A stretch of DNA of 64,000 nt, taken from positions 5,828,001-5,892,000 of the forward strand of contig OX597833.1 of NCBI GenBank assembly GCA_951406725.2, in the 5' to 3' direction. This DNA is from Octopus vulgaris. Its lineage: Eukaryota. Positions within the stretch are counted from its first letter, which is position 1. Every line of letters begins with the position of its first letter. The translations under genes were made by a program, and so were the position numbers. Shown piece by piece: positions 41,148 through 56,192 of the stretch. The notes under the pieces are model-generated. The model saw nothing but the letters and a program-made list of their open reading frames with translations. It was not told the origin of the DNA and did no database searches.

Positions 41148-41296
41148 GTGAATTGAAGAAATGGAGTTGAACGAAGATTGAACAGAAATCGTTTTATTGC
41201 ATTCTACACGTGTTTCGAAAGGCACAATTTACCACCAATGTATCGGTTAAACTTTTGATTAATCTGCAACAAGATTATTCATCTTTCTATTTCACA
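41148..41296 (-). mobile_element. HHR-3 relative retaining only the 3' half of the hammerhead
   Basis: Minus strand CGAAACACGUGUA (palindromic helix III ACACGUGU); flanking blocks shared with 1121-1375 and 29553-29718. Confidence 0.65.
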
Positions 41297-41298
41297 AA

Positions 41299-41454
<156 letters not shown>

Positions 41455-41876
41455 CATACATATATGTGTGTGTATATATATATATATATATGTGCGTGTG
41501 TATGTTTGTGTATATGTATGTATGGTTATATACATATACATACGTATATATATTTGCGTAAACATGCATATATGCATGCACGCATACACACGAGTATGTG
41601 TAGTGTTTCATGTATGTATATGCACCTATGTGTCTATATGTACAGAAAACAAAAGAACGCTTGTGGGTTTCTTCATTAAATATTTTATGAACAAAATCTC
41701 CCGTTTTTGGCTTACTTTCGACATGTACTCTGTGACCTATCCGAGTGTGGAATACAGCCAAATGAAAGTGAGATAATGATATATGTCCCCAGCGCAGTTT
41801 TCGTTTTTTTGAATGTTCATGGATTCACAGGGAGGTCCAAATACCAATTATTTCTCGAGCAATTTAAATTCAAATG

Positions 41877-42172
41877 CATACATACATACATACATACATA
41901 CATACATACATACATACATACATACATACATACATACATACATACATACATACATACATACATACATACATACATACATACATACAAATAAAGAAATAGG
42001 TATTTAAATAAAGAAATACATACATACATACACACACACATACATACATACATATATACATACATACATACATACATACATACACACACACATACATACA
42101 TACATACATACATACATACATACATACGTACATACATACGTACATATATGCATGCAGACATACATACATACA

Positions 42173-42206
<34 letters not shown>

Positions 42207-42888
42207 CATACATACATACATACATACATACACACATACATACAAAACATACATACATACATATATACATACATACATACATACATACATACATACACGC
42301 ACATATATGCATGCATGCAGACATACATACATACATACATGCATACGTACATACATACATACACACATACAAAACATACATACATACATATATACATACA
42401 TACATACGTACATACATACATACATACATGCATACATACATACATACACACATACAAAACATACATACATACATATATACATACATACATACGTACATAC
42501 ATACATACATACATACATACATACACACATACATACATACGCACATACATACATACATACATACATACATACATACGTACGTACATACATACATACATAC
42601 ATACATACATACGCACATACATACATACATACATACATACGCACATACATACATACATACATACATACATACATACGTACGTACATACATACATACATAC
42701 ATACACACATACATACATACGCACATACATACATACATACATACATACATACATACGTACGTACATACATACATACATACATACATACATACATACATAC
42801 ATACATACATACATACATAAATACATGCATACACACGTACGTACATACATACATGCATACTTACATACATAAATACATACATACACAC

Positions 42889-42919
<31 letters not shown>

Positions 42920-42965
42920 CATACATACATACATACATACATACATACATACATACATACATGCA
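41877..42965. repeat. (CATA)n microsatellite, about 1.1 kb, imperfect
   Basis: Direct reading of the sequence. Confidence 0.97.
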
Positions 42966-42968
42966 TAC

Positions 42969-43963
42969 GTGCACTGATATTAGTGCAGATGGCCTTTGAA
43001 TGCCGTATGGTATTATTCAGGCAGCACCTGCTACACAACAGCAGCAAAAATAAATATATTAATGCAGTGCTGAAAAGCTGGCAGTGAGCTCCCCAAGAAG
43101 TATTCTCTTCCTGGTGATCTCTAGAACAACTGGGTTCTTTTACCCCAGAGAAGACCTGGATGGGAAGCACTCAGCATACAAAAAAACCCCAAAAACTATG
43201 CATGGGTATATTGCCCGGAACCTTGAAGTCAACAGCAGAATTGTCACGAAGCGCAGCCTCTCTTGGACACAAGGTCTCTACTTCACATCAAACGTTCAAG
43301 GCTATGCGTTTGCAATCCAGGTACAGGAGTTTGTCACAAAGTACCTGGTGTACCTGGGGAACAAGAGACACAGCGACGCTCTTGTAATCCCAAGGTGCCA
43401 CCGTATGTGTAGTGTAGGCTCTGTCATGTTTCTGTGGAAGACATCACGCATGTGATTAGTAGCTGTCATAAAATGTCTTCACGGTACTACCTCACTATGC
43501 GGCACGATGTCGTCACTAAATGTAAACATAACAGGCCGGATATTGTTGTTTGGGATGGAGGGGCAAAGGTATAGAGGTCAGCTGCTTTCCACATATAAAT
43601 ATCTCTTTGAAAATCAAAGAAAAAGAGGATATCTATGGACCACTGCTTCGAAACCTCCAGCTTCTCTATCGAGACTTTGAATTCATATTCATACCAATAA
43701 GAATTGGAGCACTGGGTTTTGTTAGTAAATGTTTAAAGGAGAATCTGGATAAACTGGGATTTTCAGTAAGAAAAATCGACCAGCTGATTCGTACATTACA
43801 AATGCAATCTGTGAGTGGAACAGTAAAAATATGCAAGACTTTTCTCAAGTTCCAAATGTGAATTTGTCTGTGTTAGCTACATCCCAAAGATGGAGTCTTG
43901 TATCTTTGTTGGAAACCGGCTCCCTCCTCAGTGGAAAATATATAATTAAAAATAGAAGAGACC
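42969..43963 (+). mobile_element. 5'-truncated R4/Dong-like non-LTR retrotransposon (CCHC knuckle plus restriction-like endonuclease), degraded
   Basis: MHGYI..GYAFAIQVQEFVTKY, RMC..EDITHVISSCHKMSSRYYLTMRHDVV, HNRPDIVVWD, IEVS..KEKEDIYGPL, IPIRIGALG, SVSGTVKICKTFL. The 3' UTR ends in tacatac. Confidence 0.88.
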
Positions 43964-43986
43964 TACATACATGCGTAAATACATCC

Positions 43987-44026
<40 letters not shown>

Positions 44027-44197
44027 ATATATATATATATATATATATAATTAATTAATAAGGGTGAGAGAATTAGATACTAATTTAATAGTATATCTAT
44101 TCAACACCAGGTGGCCCAGTGCCCCGAGAAACCTGGATTATTATAATATTTTATAATATATTATAATATTTTGAGCCATATAGTGACCACTCTCTTA

Positions 44198-44312
<115 letters not shown>

Positions 44313-44952
44313 TATATATATATATATATAGATATATATATAAATATGTATATATAGGTATATATATATGTATATATATATATATATATATGTGTGTGTA
44401 CGTGTGTGTACACATATATATATATGTGTATATATATATATTATATATATTATATATATATTTATAATTAATTACCTACATACATACACACACACTCATA
44501 TGCATGCATATAGATATATGCGCATATATATGTGTGTGTGTTATATGCGTATACACATACACCCACCCACATATATGCGTACGTGTGTGTGTATGTGTGT
44601 GCGGGTGTGTGCATACACACATGTACGCACACATATGCCTGTGCATATGTTCGGGGTGTAGGGGTGAGGAGCTGCTGCAATAAAACATGTCGACCTACAC
44701 AGGATTTTATGATATAGAGCGTTATGCACCACCGACAGTTGCCACCGCCGCCACCACCACCACCACCACCACCACCATTACTAACATGACCACCACCACC
44801 ACCACCATTACTAACACGACCACCACGGCCACTACGATCGACATTAAAACAACGACCGTGGCTAAGATCAAAATAGAAACATAACCGGGAAATCACTACT
44901 GTCATCATCTCCAGCCGTGGCACCTTCTCCTGCAAATAGAATTATTAGTGAC

Positions 44953-45602
44953 ATTGGTTTCAAATTATGGCACATGACCAGCAAATTCGGGGAAGTGGTT
45001 GAGTCGATTACATCGACCCCAGTATTCAACTGGTACTTCTTTTATCGACCCCGAAACGATGAAAGGACGATTCAACCTCGGCGGAATTTGAACTCAGAAC
45101 GTGAAGCCGGACGAAATGCCGTTAAGCATTTTGTCCGACGTGCTAACGTTTCTGACAGCTCGTCGCTGTCGATTATTTGTAATATAATTACTGCTTAAGG
45201 CAGGGAGCTGGCTGGGTCGTTAGCAAGCCGAACAAAATGCTTTGCGGCATTTCGTCCGGCTTCACACTCTGAGTTCAAATTCCGCCGAGGTTGAATCGTC
45301 CTTTCATCCTTTCGGAGTTGTTAAAATAAGTACCTATCTCTTTATTACCCACAAGGGGCTAAACATAGAGGGGATAACCAAGGACATACATAGGTATTAA
45401 GTCGATTACATCGACCCACATCGGCGGAATTTGAACTCACAACGTAACGGCAGAGGAAATACCGCTAAGCATTTCACCCGGCGTGATAACGTTTCTACCA
45501 ACTCGTCGCCTTAAAATAAGTACCGACTGTACAGTGTTGTCGATGTGATCGACTTTCACTCTTCCCTGAAATTGCTGGCCTTGTGCAAATATTTGAAACC
45601 AA
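44953..45602. mobile_element. Head-to-head pair of old SINE-B copies; the plus copy is interrupted by a younger minus copy (45335-45512)
   Basis: TSD aaaataagtacc at 45323-45334 and 45513-45524. Confidence 0.85.
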
Positions 45603-45784
45603 TACTGATATCAGCATTATTATAAAAACACCATTACAAGCAACATTATGATGATCACCAGTAAGTAAGCAACATTATCAACCTTTACACTAATATAAAT
45701 ATTATCACAATAAGCTTGAAGCATTAAGAATTCTGATAGAAATGCATACAGACATACATACACACATACAAACATACATACATA

Positions 45785-46332
45785 GCCCTGATGCAGTACC
45801 AGGCAGTGACTCTCATGGCTTCTGATCTTAACTGATTGGAAGTGTTATCATGTACATTGTTTTGTCTTGGTACAAAAGATGGGCTACAACAAATATTCTG
45901 CTCAATACCACAGATTTGCTTGTCAGTTGTTTGACCTCAACCAGTTGACCATGTCCCTTAGTGGCTGACGATATGTGCATCTCTGATCACGAGCAGAAGT
46001 AGTGGGGGAGCATCATAGCCATGTGTTGAGAGGGATTCTTTGGGGTTTGAATAATTCACCTCTGGAAACATGGGTGGTTCATTCAACATCCTTAAACAAC
46101 CCTTATTCAGGGACCTTTTGAGTGGGATGGGTTACTCGACCAGAAGAACATTCTAACTGGGACCCACCTGCAAGGTCATGCGCTGCTTATCTTGATATAA
46201 GATCACCATGTTGCGCACATATGGTTGTGATACATGTGACTGGTGTACCCTTATCAGACAGGTAGTCATGATGGGTATACTGGCTTCGTATATTTGTACC
46301 CTAGTGTCATTTTGATGGCATGCACTGCTCTC
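45785..46332 (+). mobile_element. Family F copy, opposite orientation
   Basis: Reverse complement of 13104-13637. Confidence 0.8.
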
Positions 46333-46344
46333 CTACAGATATAC

Positions 46345-46585
46345 ATGCTTTGGTTTTTGAGTAAAAGCCTAAGTCACAATCTGGATAAACTAGGGTTTTC
46401 AGGAAAAAAAATCAACAAGCTAATTTGCAATTTGTAAGCAGAACAGTAAAAATATAGAAGGTATTTCTGAAGTTTAAAACGTGAATTTGTTTCTTTTATT
46501 AACATTCCAATGACAAAGCTTCCGTCTTTGTTAGAAAACACCTTCTTCCTCAGGGAAGAATCCAAATAATGAAAATTAGAGAGCG
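46345..46585 (+). mobile_element. Second, shorter 3' remnant of the R4/Dong-like family at 42969
   Basis: aatctggataaact.gg.ttttcag (NLDKLGFS), gaacagtaaaaatat and 3' UTR blocks shared with 43700-43963; ends gtacata. Confidence 0.78.
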
Positions 46586-46649
46586 TACATAGATATTTAC
46601 ATACGCACATACGCACATACGCACATACACATACATATCTTTATGTCTT

Positions 46650-47617
46650 TATGTATGTATGTATGTATGTATGTATGTATATATGAAGGTATGTATGTAT
46701 GTATGTATGTATGTAGGTAGGTATGTATGTATGTATGTATATATGTAGGTATGTATGTAGGTATGTATTATGTATGTATGTATGTATGTATGTATTTATG
46801 TATGTATGTATGTATGTATGTATGTTTGTATATATGTATTTATGTATGTATGTATGTATTATGTATGTATGTATGTATGTATGTATGTATTATGTATGTA
46901 TGTATGTATGTATTATGTATGTATGTATGTATGTATGTATGTATGTATGTATGTATGTATGTATGTATGTATGTATGTATGTATGTATGTATGTATGTAT
47001 GTATGTATGTATGTATTATGTATGTATGTATGTATGTATGTATGTATGTATGTATGTATTATGTATGTATGTATGTATGTATGTATGTATGTATGTATGT
47101 ATTATGTATGTATGTATGTATGTATTATGTATGTATGTATGTATGTATGTATGTATGTATGTATGTATGTATGTATTATGTATGTGTGTATGTATGTATG
47201 TATGTATGTATGTATGTATGTATGTATGTATGTATATATGTATGTATGTATGTAGGTATGTATTATGTATGTATGTATGTATGTATGTATGTATGTATGT
47301 ATGTATATATGTATATATGTAGGTATGTATTTATGTATGTATTTATGTATGTATGTATGTATGTATGTATGTATGTATGTATATATGTAGGTATGTATGT
47401 AGGTATGTATCTATGTATGTATGTATGTATGTATTATGTATGTATGTATGTATTATGTATGTATGTATGTATGTATGTAGGTATGTATGTAGGTATGTAT
47501 CTATGTATGTATTTATGTATGTATTATGTATGTATGTATGTATGTATTTATGTATGTATGTATGTAGGTATGTATCTATGTATGTATGTATGTATGTATT
47601 ATGTATGTATGTATATC
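46650..47617. repeat. (TATG)n microsatellite
   Basis: Direct reading of the sequence. Confidence 0.97.
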
Positions 47618-48444
47618 TGATAGAGAGAAAGAGTGTGTGTGTGTGTGTATGTGTGTGTGTGTGTGTGTGCGTGTGCGTGTGTGCGTGTGAGCGTGTGTGT
47701 GTGTGGATGGATGTACGTAGAGTTTCTTGGTTCGAATTTTTTACTTCAGTTCAAGGCTCATCGAATAAGCCAGACCCGCGACTCAAACCTAAAACATGAT
47801 GGAAAAAATGCCAGAATTCTTTGATGCCGTCGGTTCTACGTTACCATAATCTACGACTTTTTATAGCAGCAATAATATCAAGATTTCATTTAAATACCCT
47901 TTACGGTACCCCTAAAAGCCTGCTACATCATGAAGAATCCCTGAATATATGACAGGTACTGCAGAATAATACGAAATTCACCGTTGCATTAATCGAGTGA
48001 CGCAGTGTGACTATCGTAGGCAAGCGGCCATCATGTTCACATCTTTACCTCCTGAGATTGGAGAGTTACAAGACACGAAAAATTATTCGTGCATATCGAG
48101 AACATCAGCACACATCGATAACAAGAGCTGCGTATATCAAATGCACCATTGTATGTTTGTGTATTGATTTAGATTTTAGTTTTCAGGGAAAGCCTGTGTT
48201 GCTTATCAATAAATCAATTGATTCAGTGAATGAAAACTGGGTCTTGGGCGTCGATATTGCTTCACATCTACCATGTCTTTCTTTCCCATTAACTCGCCTC
48301 CATTTAGAACTTTACTCTCGCAACTTCTCGTTTCTCTCTTTCACCCGATTTCTCTCTCTCACTCTCTCACTCTTTCTCTCACTCTCACTCTTTCATAAAC
48401 ACTTCCACTTCCTATGTCTTTCTATTTCTCTCTCTCTCCTTCCC

Positions 48445-48917
48445 CTCTCTTTCTTATTTCTCTTTATTCTCACTTCCCCTTTCTCTCCCCCTCCCTCTCC
48501 TCTCTTTCTTATTTCTCTTTATTTTCACTTCCCCTTTCTCTGCCCCTCCCTCTCCTCTCTTTCTTATTTCTCTTTATTCTCACTTCCCCTTTCTCTCCCC
48601 CTCCCTCTCCTCTCTTTCTTATTTCTCTTTATTCTCACTTCCCCTTTCTCTCCCCCTCCCTCTCCTCTCTTATTTCTCTTTATTTTCACTTCCCCTTTCT
48701 CTCCCCCTCCCTCTCCTCTCTTTCTTATTTCTCTTTATTCTCACTTCCCCTTTCTCTGCCCCTCCCTCTCCTCTCTTTCTTATTTCTCTTTATTCTCACT
48801 TCCCCTTTCTCTCCCTCTCCCTCTCCTCTCTTTCTTATTTTTCTCTTTATTTTCACTTCCCCTTTCTCTCCCCCTCCCTCTCCTCTCTTTCTTATTTTTC
48901 CCTTTATTTTCACTTCC

Positions 48918-48925
<8 letters not shown>
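48445..48925. repeat. Polypyrimidine 55-bp minisatellite, about 9 copies
   Basis: cacttcccct recurs at 48471, 48526, 48581 and onward. Confidence 0.92.
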
Positions 48926-48957
<32 letters not shown>

Positions 48958-49324
48958 ACATATCTCACTCTCGCATATCAATAACTATTACTGTATTTCT
49001 CTCACTTTCACTTCTCCCCATTCTCTCTCTCCCTTCCTCTTACCCTTCTCTCTCACTGCCTGTCTGTCTCTTTCTCTCTTTTACATCTCTCTGTAGTGAT
49101 ATTCTTATATTTTGAAATAATTTTAAGGCTTTTTACTCTCTTATTCCTCTACGTATTTCTCGAGCGAACATGTGTGTGTGCATGTGTGTGTGTGTGTGTG
49201 TGTGCACGCGCACGTGCATGTGTGTGTTTATGGTCGACAAGTATTGTTAGGCTAAACACATACAAACACACGAACACGTTACACACGCGCACACATACAC
49301 ACATATACATACATACAGATATAT

Positions 49325-49668
49325 TGCTGCTGAGACCCCCTGCGGTCCTGACAGACCATGGGATTGCACCTAGAAAGTTACCGTCCCAGGCACAAGTCCG
49401 GTCAAGGTTGTTTATGGAAGACCAACAGTTGCCCATGCATACTGGGCCGCCCCTCTCTACACCACCAGTGTTATCCAAGGGAAAGGTAAAGGGGCCGATA
49501 CAGCTTGGCACCAGTGACGTAGCAACTTATTTCTACAGCTGAGTGAACTGGAGCAACGTGAAATAAAGTGTCTTGCTCAAGAACACAACACGCAGCCCGG
49601 TCCGGGATTAGAACTCACAACCTCACGATCTTAAGCTCGACGCTCTAACCACTAAGTCATGCGCCTTC
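49325..49668 (-). mobile_element. SINE-C, full length
   Basis: Homologous to 3950-4286; flanked by acatacagat direct repeats. Confidence 0.87.
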
Positions 49669-50266
49669 ACATACAGATGTATGAATGTATGTATGTATAT
49701 ATATATATATATATATATAAAACTTTGCATTATTGAATGGACAATGCTATCGGATGATGTCAGACACCGCTGGTCACAATGCGTTCTCTCGCATTGTTGT
49801 ATCTTTCGAAAGATGCCAGCCCACAGTTTAGGCGGTCAAGCGAAGATTCCTTTTGTGCTGGGTGCTAGTCCGTTGACGGGGGTGACCCATTTACAGCCTA
49901 ATGGACTGAGGCAATGTGAATCGAATTGGTTTCGATTACCAGACGCACTGCCTGGCCCGGGAATCGAAACCACGAGCATGAGATTATCAGTGCAATACCT
50001 CAACCACGACTTCCATGCAGTGTCCGTCGGTCAAGTTTACTCACAAGGCATTAGTCAACCGGGCGGCGGCTTGTAATAGCGGACACTTACGAAAGGTTCC
50101 GAACAGTGGGACAGAACCCGAAACCGCGTGGTTGAAAAGCAAACTCCTTCAGCCTTCAGTCGTGCTTGTGCCTAAGCGCAAGCGCGTGATGCACGTGTTT
50201 GCTTGAACTTGTCCTGCTCGTGTTGTCTGTTTTTTAATGTCCATTGCATATCCTATACATATATAT

Positions 50267-50297
<31 letters not shown>

Positions 50298-50300
50298 CAT

Positions 50301-50336
<36 letters not shown>

Positions 50337-50396
50337 GATATATATATGATATATATACATACATATATATACATATATATATATATATACATATAT

Positions 50397-50427
<31 letters not shown>

Positions 50428-50533
50428 CATATATATACATATATATATACATACATATATATATTCACATATATATATGCATATAAATATACATATGCAT
50501 AAATATATGTATATACATGCATATACATACATA

Positions 50534-50565
<32 letters not shown>

Positions 50566-51215
50566 CATACATATGTGTATATGTGTGTGCGTGTGTTTGT
50601 GTGTGTGTGGATGAATGGCTGGATATGTATATAATACATAAACCCACACAGAGATGAGAATAAGAAACTTTTAATCATATATATAAATATATATATAAAT
50701 GTGTTTGTCCAATAACTGTCTAAGACAAATATCTGGGATACACTGTGATAACATCTTTGATTTTATCATTATAAGAGTAGGAAATGGTTCTGAAAGTGTG
50801 TGTCCTCATTATTTAGATGAGTAGATGATACGCATCTCATCGCAGTCTTAGCATCGGATTAACACGAGATCCACTAAAAGTCGATATCTGCTGTCGTCTG
50901 TAAAACATTTATCTTACGAGATAATGTCGACTGGTGATTCATAATGGATGACAGGAAAGCAGGTAAACAGAGTGACTCAAATCAACTGTCACTGCCTCTA
51001 CGTGTGTGTGTGTGTGTGTGTGTGTGTGTATTGTATGTATGTATGGGGTGCATCTGCTGCACCGGAACTGAAACCGAATCTGAGGGTTCGAAACATTACT
51101 GATCGTATCTCCACTATTTCTGCTGTCTCTCTCTGTCTTATATATTATGTATTATATGCATGTGTGTGTACTTGTGTATGTGTGTATATATATACACATA
51201 CATATATATGGATAG

Positions 51216-51286
<71 letters not shown>

Positions 51287-51395
51287 ATATATAATAATTA
51301 TTTGAGGGAATATTATTCCTAACTTACAGAGAAAAATTTCAATTTAGAAATACTAAATCAAGTTTCACAAAATATAATATATATATATATATATA

Positions 51396-51735
51396 TAAAT
51401 TAGAAAAAACACCTTTTATCAATTCAAATGAACAATTAAATTACACCATCTAGAAAATTACATATAATAGAAATACTAAAATTAAAATAACAATAATATA
51501 CCGATGATTAAGTAAATTGCAAAATGATAATATAAACGTATATATAATAAAAACGTATATAATAATAAAAACGTATATGATAAACCAAATATATACGTTT
51601 ATATTATCATTTTGCAATTTACTTAATCATCGGTATATTATTGTTATTTTAATTTTAATATTTCTATTATATGTAATTTTCTAGATGGTGTAATTTAATT
51701 GTTCATTTTGAATTGATAAAAGGTGGGTTTTTCTA

Positions 51736-51740
<5 letters not shown>
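51396..51740. repeat. Near-perfect foldback (arms about 150 bp) embedded in (TA)n
   Basis: 51396-51545 is the reverse complement of 51589-51740 with few differences; the spacer has aaaacgtatat repeats. Confidence 0.93.
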
Positions 51741-51810
<70 letters not shown>

Positions 51811-51811
<1 letters not shown>

Positions 51812-52010
51812 GAGGGGGTGCTAAAAAGTTCCTAGCTTTAAGGGTGTCGCGAAATGCCTGGCTGGAAGCACAACATTCCGAGTTCTTTTACAGGGCTAAG
51901 AAGAGCTGGAGGACCGTTGCAAAAAGTGCGTGAGTCTGAGACAAGAATATGTTGAATAAAATCATAATTAACTGATCCTCCCGTATTTTCTTTTACTCAA
52001 ACCAGGAACT
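51811..52010 (+). mobile_element. Mariner-derived MITE (third family)
   Basis: TIR cgagggggtgctaaaaagttcctagcttt; remnant AWLEAQHSEFF..LEDRCKKCVSLRQEYVE*. Confidence 0.83.
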
Positions 52011-52238
52011 ATATATATATATATATCTGTAACCATCGCAGAAAAAAAAAATATATATATATATACGTACGTATATATATATAGAAGCTGAGGTCGTTAT
52101 TTAGAAAGACGTTCCAAGCCTTCGGAAAGAGACGGAAGCTTCTCTGAATTTCTTCGTCCGTGCGAAGTCTTTGGAAATTGTGCTGCCTATGCGTATGAAT
52201 TGGTATGGTGTGGTTAGTTATTGCATTTGTGTTGAGAT

Positions 52239-52644
52239 AGGCGCAGGAGTGGCTGTGTGGTAAGTAGCTTGTTTACCAAACACATGGTTCCGGGTTCAGT
52301 CCAACTGCGTGGCACCTTGGGCAAGTGTCTTCTACTATAGCCGCGGGCCGACCTAAGCCTTGTGAGAAGAATTTGGTAGACGGAAACTGAAAAAAGCCCG
52401 TCGTATATATGTATATATATATATATGTGTGTGTGTGTATGTTTGTGTGTCTGTGTTAGTCCCCCTAGCATTGCTTGACAACCGATGCTGGTGTGTTTAC
52501 GTCCCCGTCACTTAGCAAAAGAGACCGATAGAATAAGTACTGGGCTTACAAAAGAATAAGTCCCGGGGTCGATTTGCTCGACTAAAGGCGGTGCTCCAGC
52601 ATGGCCGCAGTCAAATGACTGAAACAAGTAAAAGAGTAAAAGAG
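52239..52644 (+). mobile_element. SINE-A, full length
   Basis: Matches 2497-2918. Confidence 0.9.
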
Positions 52645-53089
52645 TATACTGGGGTGCAGGAAGGGTGATTTAATGTACCCTAAACCTTCAGTTTGGGCAG
52701 TTCCTGTTCAATCCAAATGATCAATGACCGCTGCTTCTCACCTCCGAATCGCACTGTTCTGGCTTGAAGATTCTTGGGAATTCGAACCTACCTTGGTTTC
52801 AGGAATTTCCATAAACACCAGATTTCTCAAAGAACCAAGATCCAATATCCTCGTTGCTGAAGAAGATACAAATACAATTGGAATCCCTAATTTTTTCTGT
52901 GAAGAAGCAATGAAAACTCAAGGATGGTATCTCGTCCCAGCAGCAGGAGGATTCCCAAAAATCCAATCTAAGAAATTCCGTCGGAAGAGCCGACTGTGCC
53001 AGCCGAACAATACTCTGATTCCATATTCTATGCTACTATTATGTATAAGTGTATGCGTATGTATGTATATATATATTTGTGTGTGTGTT

Positions 53090-53153
<64 letters not shown>

Positions 53154-53312
53154 TGTGTTGTAAGAAGCTTGCTTCCAAACCACACAGTTCAGGGTTGACC
53201 CTCACTGCGTGGCACTATGGACATTTCTCTTGTGAGTGGATTTGTTAGACGGAAACTGCAAGAAGTCCATCATGTATATAAATATATATATATATAAACA
53301 TAATATATATAT

Positions 53313-53415
<103 letters not shown>

Positions 53416-53442
53416 TTATATATATATATATAAACACATATG

Positions 53443-53473
<31 letters not shown>

Positions 53474-53489
53474 ATATATATATAAACAC

Positions 53490-53537
<48 letters not shown>

Positions 53538-53657
53538 ATGTGTGTATGTATAAATATATATATGTGTGTATAACTTATATATATGTATATATACATGTAT
53601 GTGCATATTTATGCATATGTACACACACACAAGCATACATATATATGCGCGCACACA

Positions 53658-53698
<41 letters not shown>

Positions 53699-54265
53699 AT
53701 ATATTTGCACACATACACACACACTTGAATACATGCAGAGTGAGAGAGTCTGTATATGTTATGAGTACACACACACACACACACACACACTGAGCCAATG
53801 GGACACTGGACATTTGTGTTTGTGTGTGTGTGTGTGTGCGTGTGTGTAAGTTTATACAGGTAACGTACGTGTGTCGACGCGTTGCGACACCTTTCTCAGT
53901 TTCCAATTACTTTTGTACTTTTTTTATTGTCGCATTAATAATGTGTTGCGAAATGAAAAGTCATTAACGCACCGTCCATTTGTCGGAGCCGTTAAATTAG
54001 ATTATTCCGTTGACCCATGGATGGATACTGCAGTTGTAAATAAGTCACAAACTTACCGAGATTAAATATCATTAGAATTACATTTCACCTGAGCATTTTT
54101 AATTAATGCAACTCCTTACCTTTCACCTTGTTTCTTGCCCCCTTTCTAATCCCGTCCTCTCATTTTCTTCGCTTTTAAATCCCTACTCTTCTTTATTTCT
54201 CTCCTTCTCTCTTTCTCTCTCCTCTCTATCTCTCTCTTACTCTCTCCATTTCTTTCTCTCTACCT

Positions 54266-54317
<52 letters not shown>

Positions 54318-55330
54318 ATTGATTTCGTTGTGACAATCCCTGGAGCAACTGCCTGCCGTCGCTTCCTGTCCAAACGTCGCCATTATTTACTCCTCCCCTG
54401 CCTGCTCCCACTCCTCTTCCCTCCCCTTTTCCCACCCACACCACTCTCCCTATTTTGTTAACTCTTTCTCCCCCTCGCTTTCTACACTTCATATATCACC
54501 ACTACTCTCTCTTCTTATCTATCCCCCTTTTCTCTCTCTCTCTCTCTGTCTCTCAATCAACCCACCATTTCTCTCAACCTATTTCATCCACCATATTGGT
54601 CACTCACTCTCTCACTCTTTCTCTCTCTCTCTCTCTCTCTACACCTCCATCTCCTGCCTCTCTTCCTCTATCTTTTTCTCACTCTCCTTCCTTCCTCCTT
54701 ATCTTTCTCTCTCTCATTCTTTCTCTGTCTCTCGTTGTCCCTCTCTTTCAATCCACCTTCCTCTACTTCTTTCCAACGACATTGCTTTCTTCCTCTTCCT
54801 CACTTCTCTCCCGCTCTCCCTTCTCTCCCTCTTCATTGTTCTCCCCCCTTTCCCCCTCTCTTCCTCCTCTCTGTTTCTGCACTATTTCTCCTTTCACATA
54901 TTCTTTCTCTTTTTCCCTCTCCTCTTTTCCTCTCCTTTTCTTTCTACCTTCCTTTTTCTCTCCCTTTTGTACACACACCAGAGTCCCCCTTCTCTCTCAA
55001 TCTCTCTCTCTCTCTCTTCATCATAATTTTCCCTAGCTCATTATCCCTCTTTCTTTTCTCTCGTTTCCTCCCCGTGTCCTCTCTCCCTCCATCTCTCCCT
55101 TCTTCCTTCTCTCTCTCATTTTTTTCTCTCTCTCCAACAACTTATCCTCCGATCCCTCCCTCTATCCCTCATCTCATCCATATCTCCCATCACCCACAAC
55201 TCCATAACACCGCTGTCCACCTTACTCCCACTCCACCTCAATCCATTACCTCACCACCACCACCACCACCACCACCGCCACCACCACCACCACCACCGCC
55301 GCCGCCACCACCACCACGACTACCACCACC

Positions 55331-55475
55331 ATGACAGCAGTCTTCATGCCATGGCTGCAACAGTTATCACGGACAACAGCAGACTGTCCGTTCTGCTGTC
55401 GACTATTATTATTATTATTACTATTATTATTATCATTATTACACCGCCAGAGTTCAGTGGACACCTGTGACAACG
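55331..55475 (+). CDS. Candidate first coding exon of a secreted or membrane protein (signal peptide)
   Basis: ccaccATGA start context; [48 protein letters not shown]; phase-1 donor ACG|GTCAGT. No homology recognised. Confidence 0.45.
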
Positions 55476-55610
55476 GTCAGTTTTACATTCTTCCTTTCTG
55501 TTTTATCACCGCTCGACCAGGGCCGATCTCGGCCTCTTTTTTTTGGACTTTCATCGCTTTCATCTTTTACATCGCTTCCATCATTCTTCTTCCGCTCACA
55601 TTCAAACTTA

Positions 55611-55679
<69 letters not shown>

Positions 55680-55745
55680 CATTCATACATACATATGTAC
55701 ATACATACATACATACATACATACATACATACATACATACATACA

Positions 55746-55781
<36 letters not shown>

Positions 55782-55962
55782 CATATATATGGATGTATAC
55801 ATGAGTATGTATAAATATGTACGTATACGTACTTATCTACACGCACACACACATACGCATACACAAACACATATACACATGCATGTATCTTTATGTGTGT
55901 GCGTGTTGTATTTGTGAGCGAATATGTATGTATATGTAGATAGATGTATTCATATATATGTA

Positions 55963-56010
<48 letters not shown>

Positions 56011-56119
56011 CTATTATGCAAAAGTGTCGTAAGTTCAAAACGTAGCTCTTTCAGAAAGCGAAAAAAAAAACATTTGGACATACGACACTTGACAGTTTAA
56101 CACAATAGCAACGATATAT

Positions 56120-56192
<73 letters not shown>

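Noticed and set aside
48007-49115. Hydrophobic multi-pass-looking ORFs (also 54455-55334)
   Set aside because: They are produced by CT-rich minisatellite and polypyrimidine tracts.
52724-53248. 174-aa ORF in unique-looking sequence
   Set aside because: No recognisable motif, and it runs into (TG)n and a SINE remnant.
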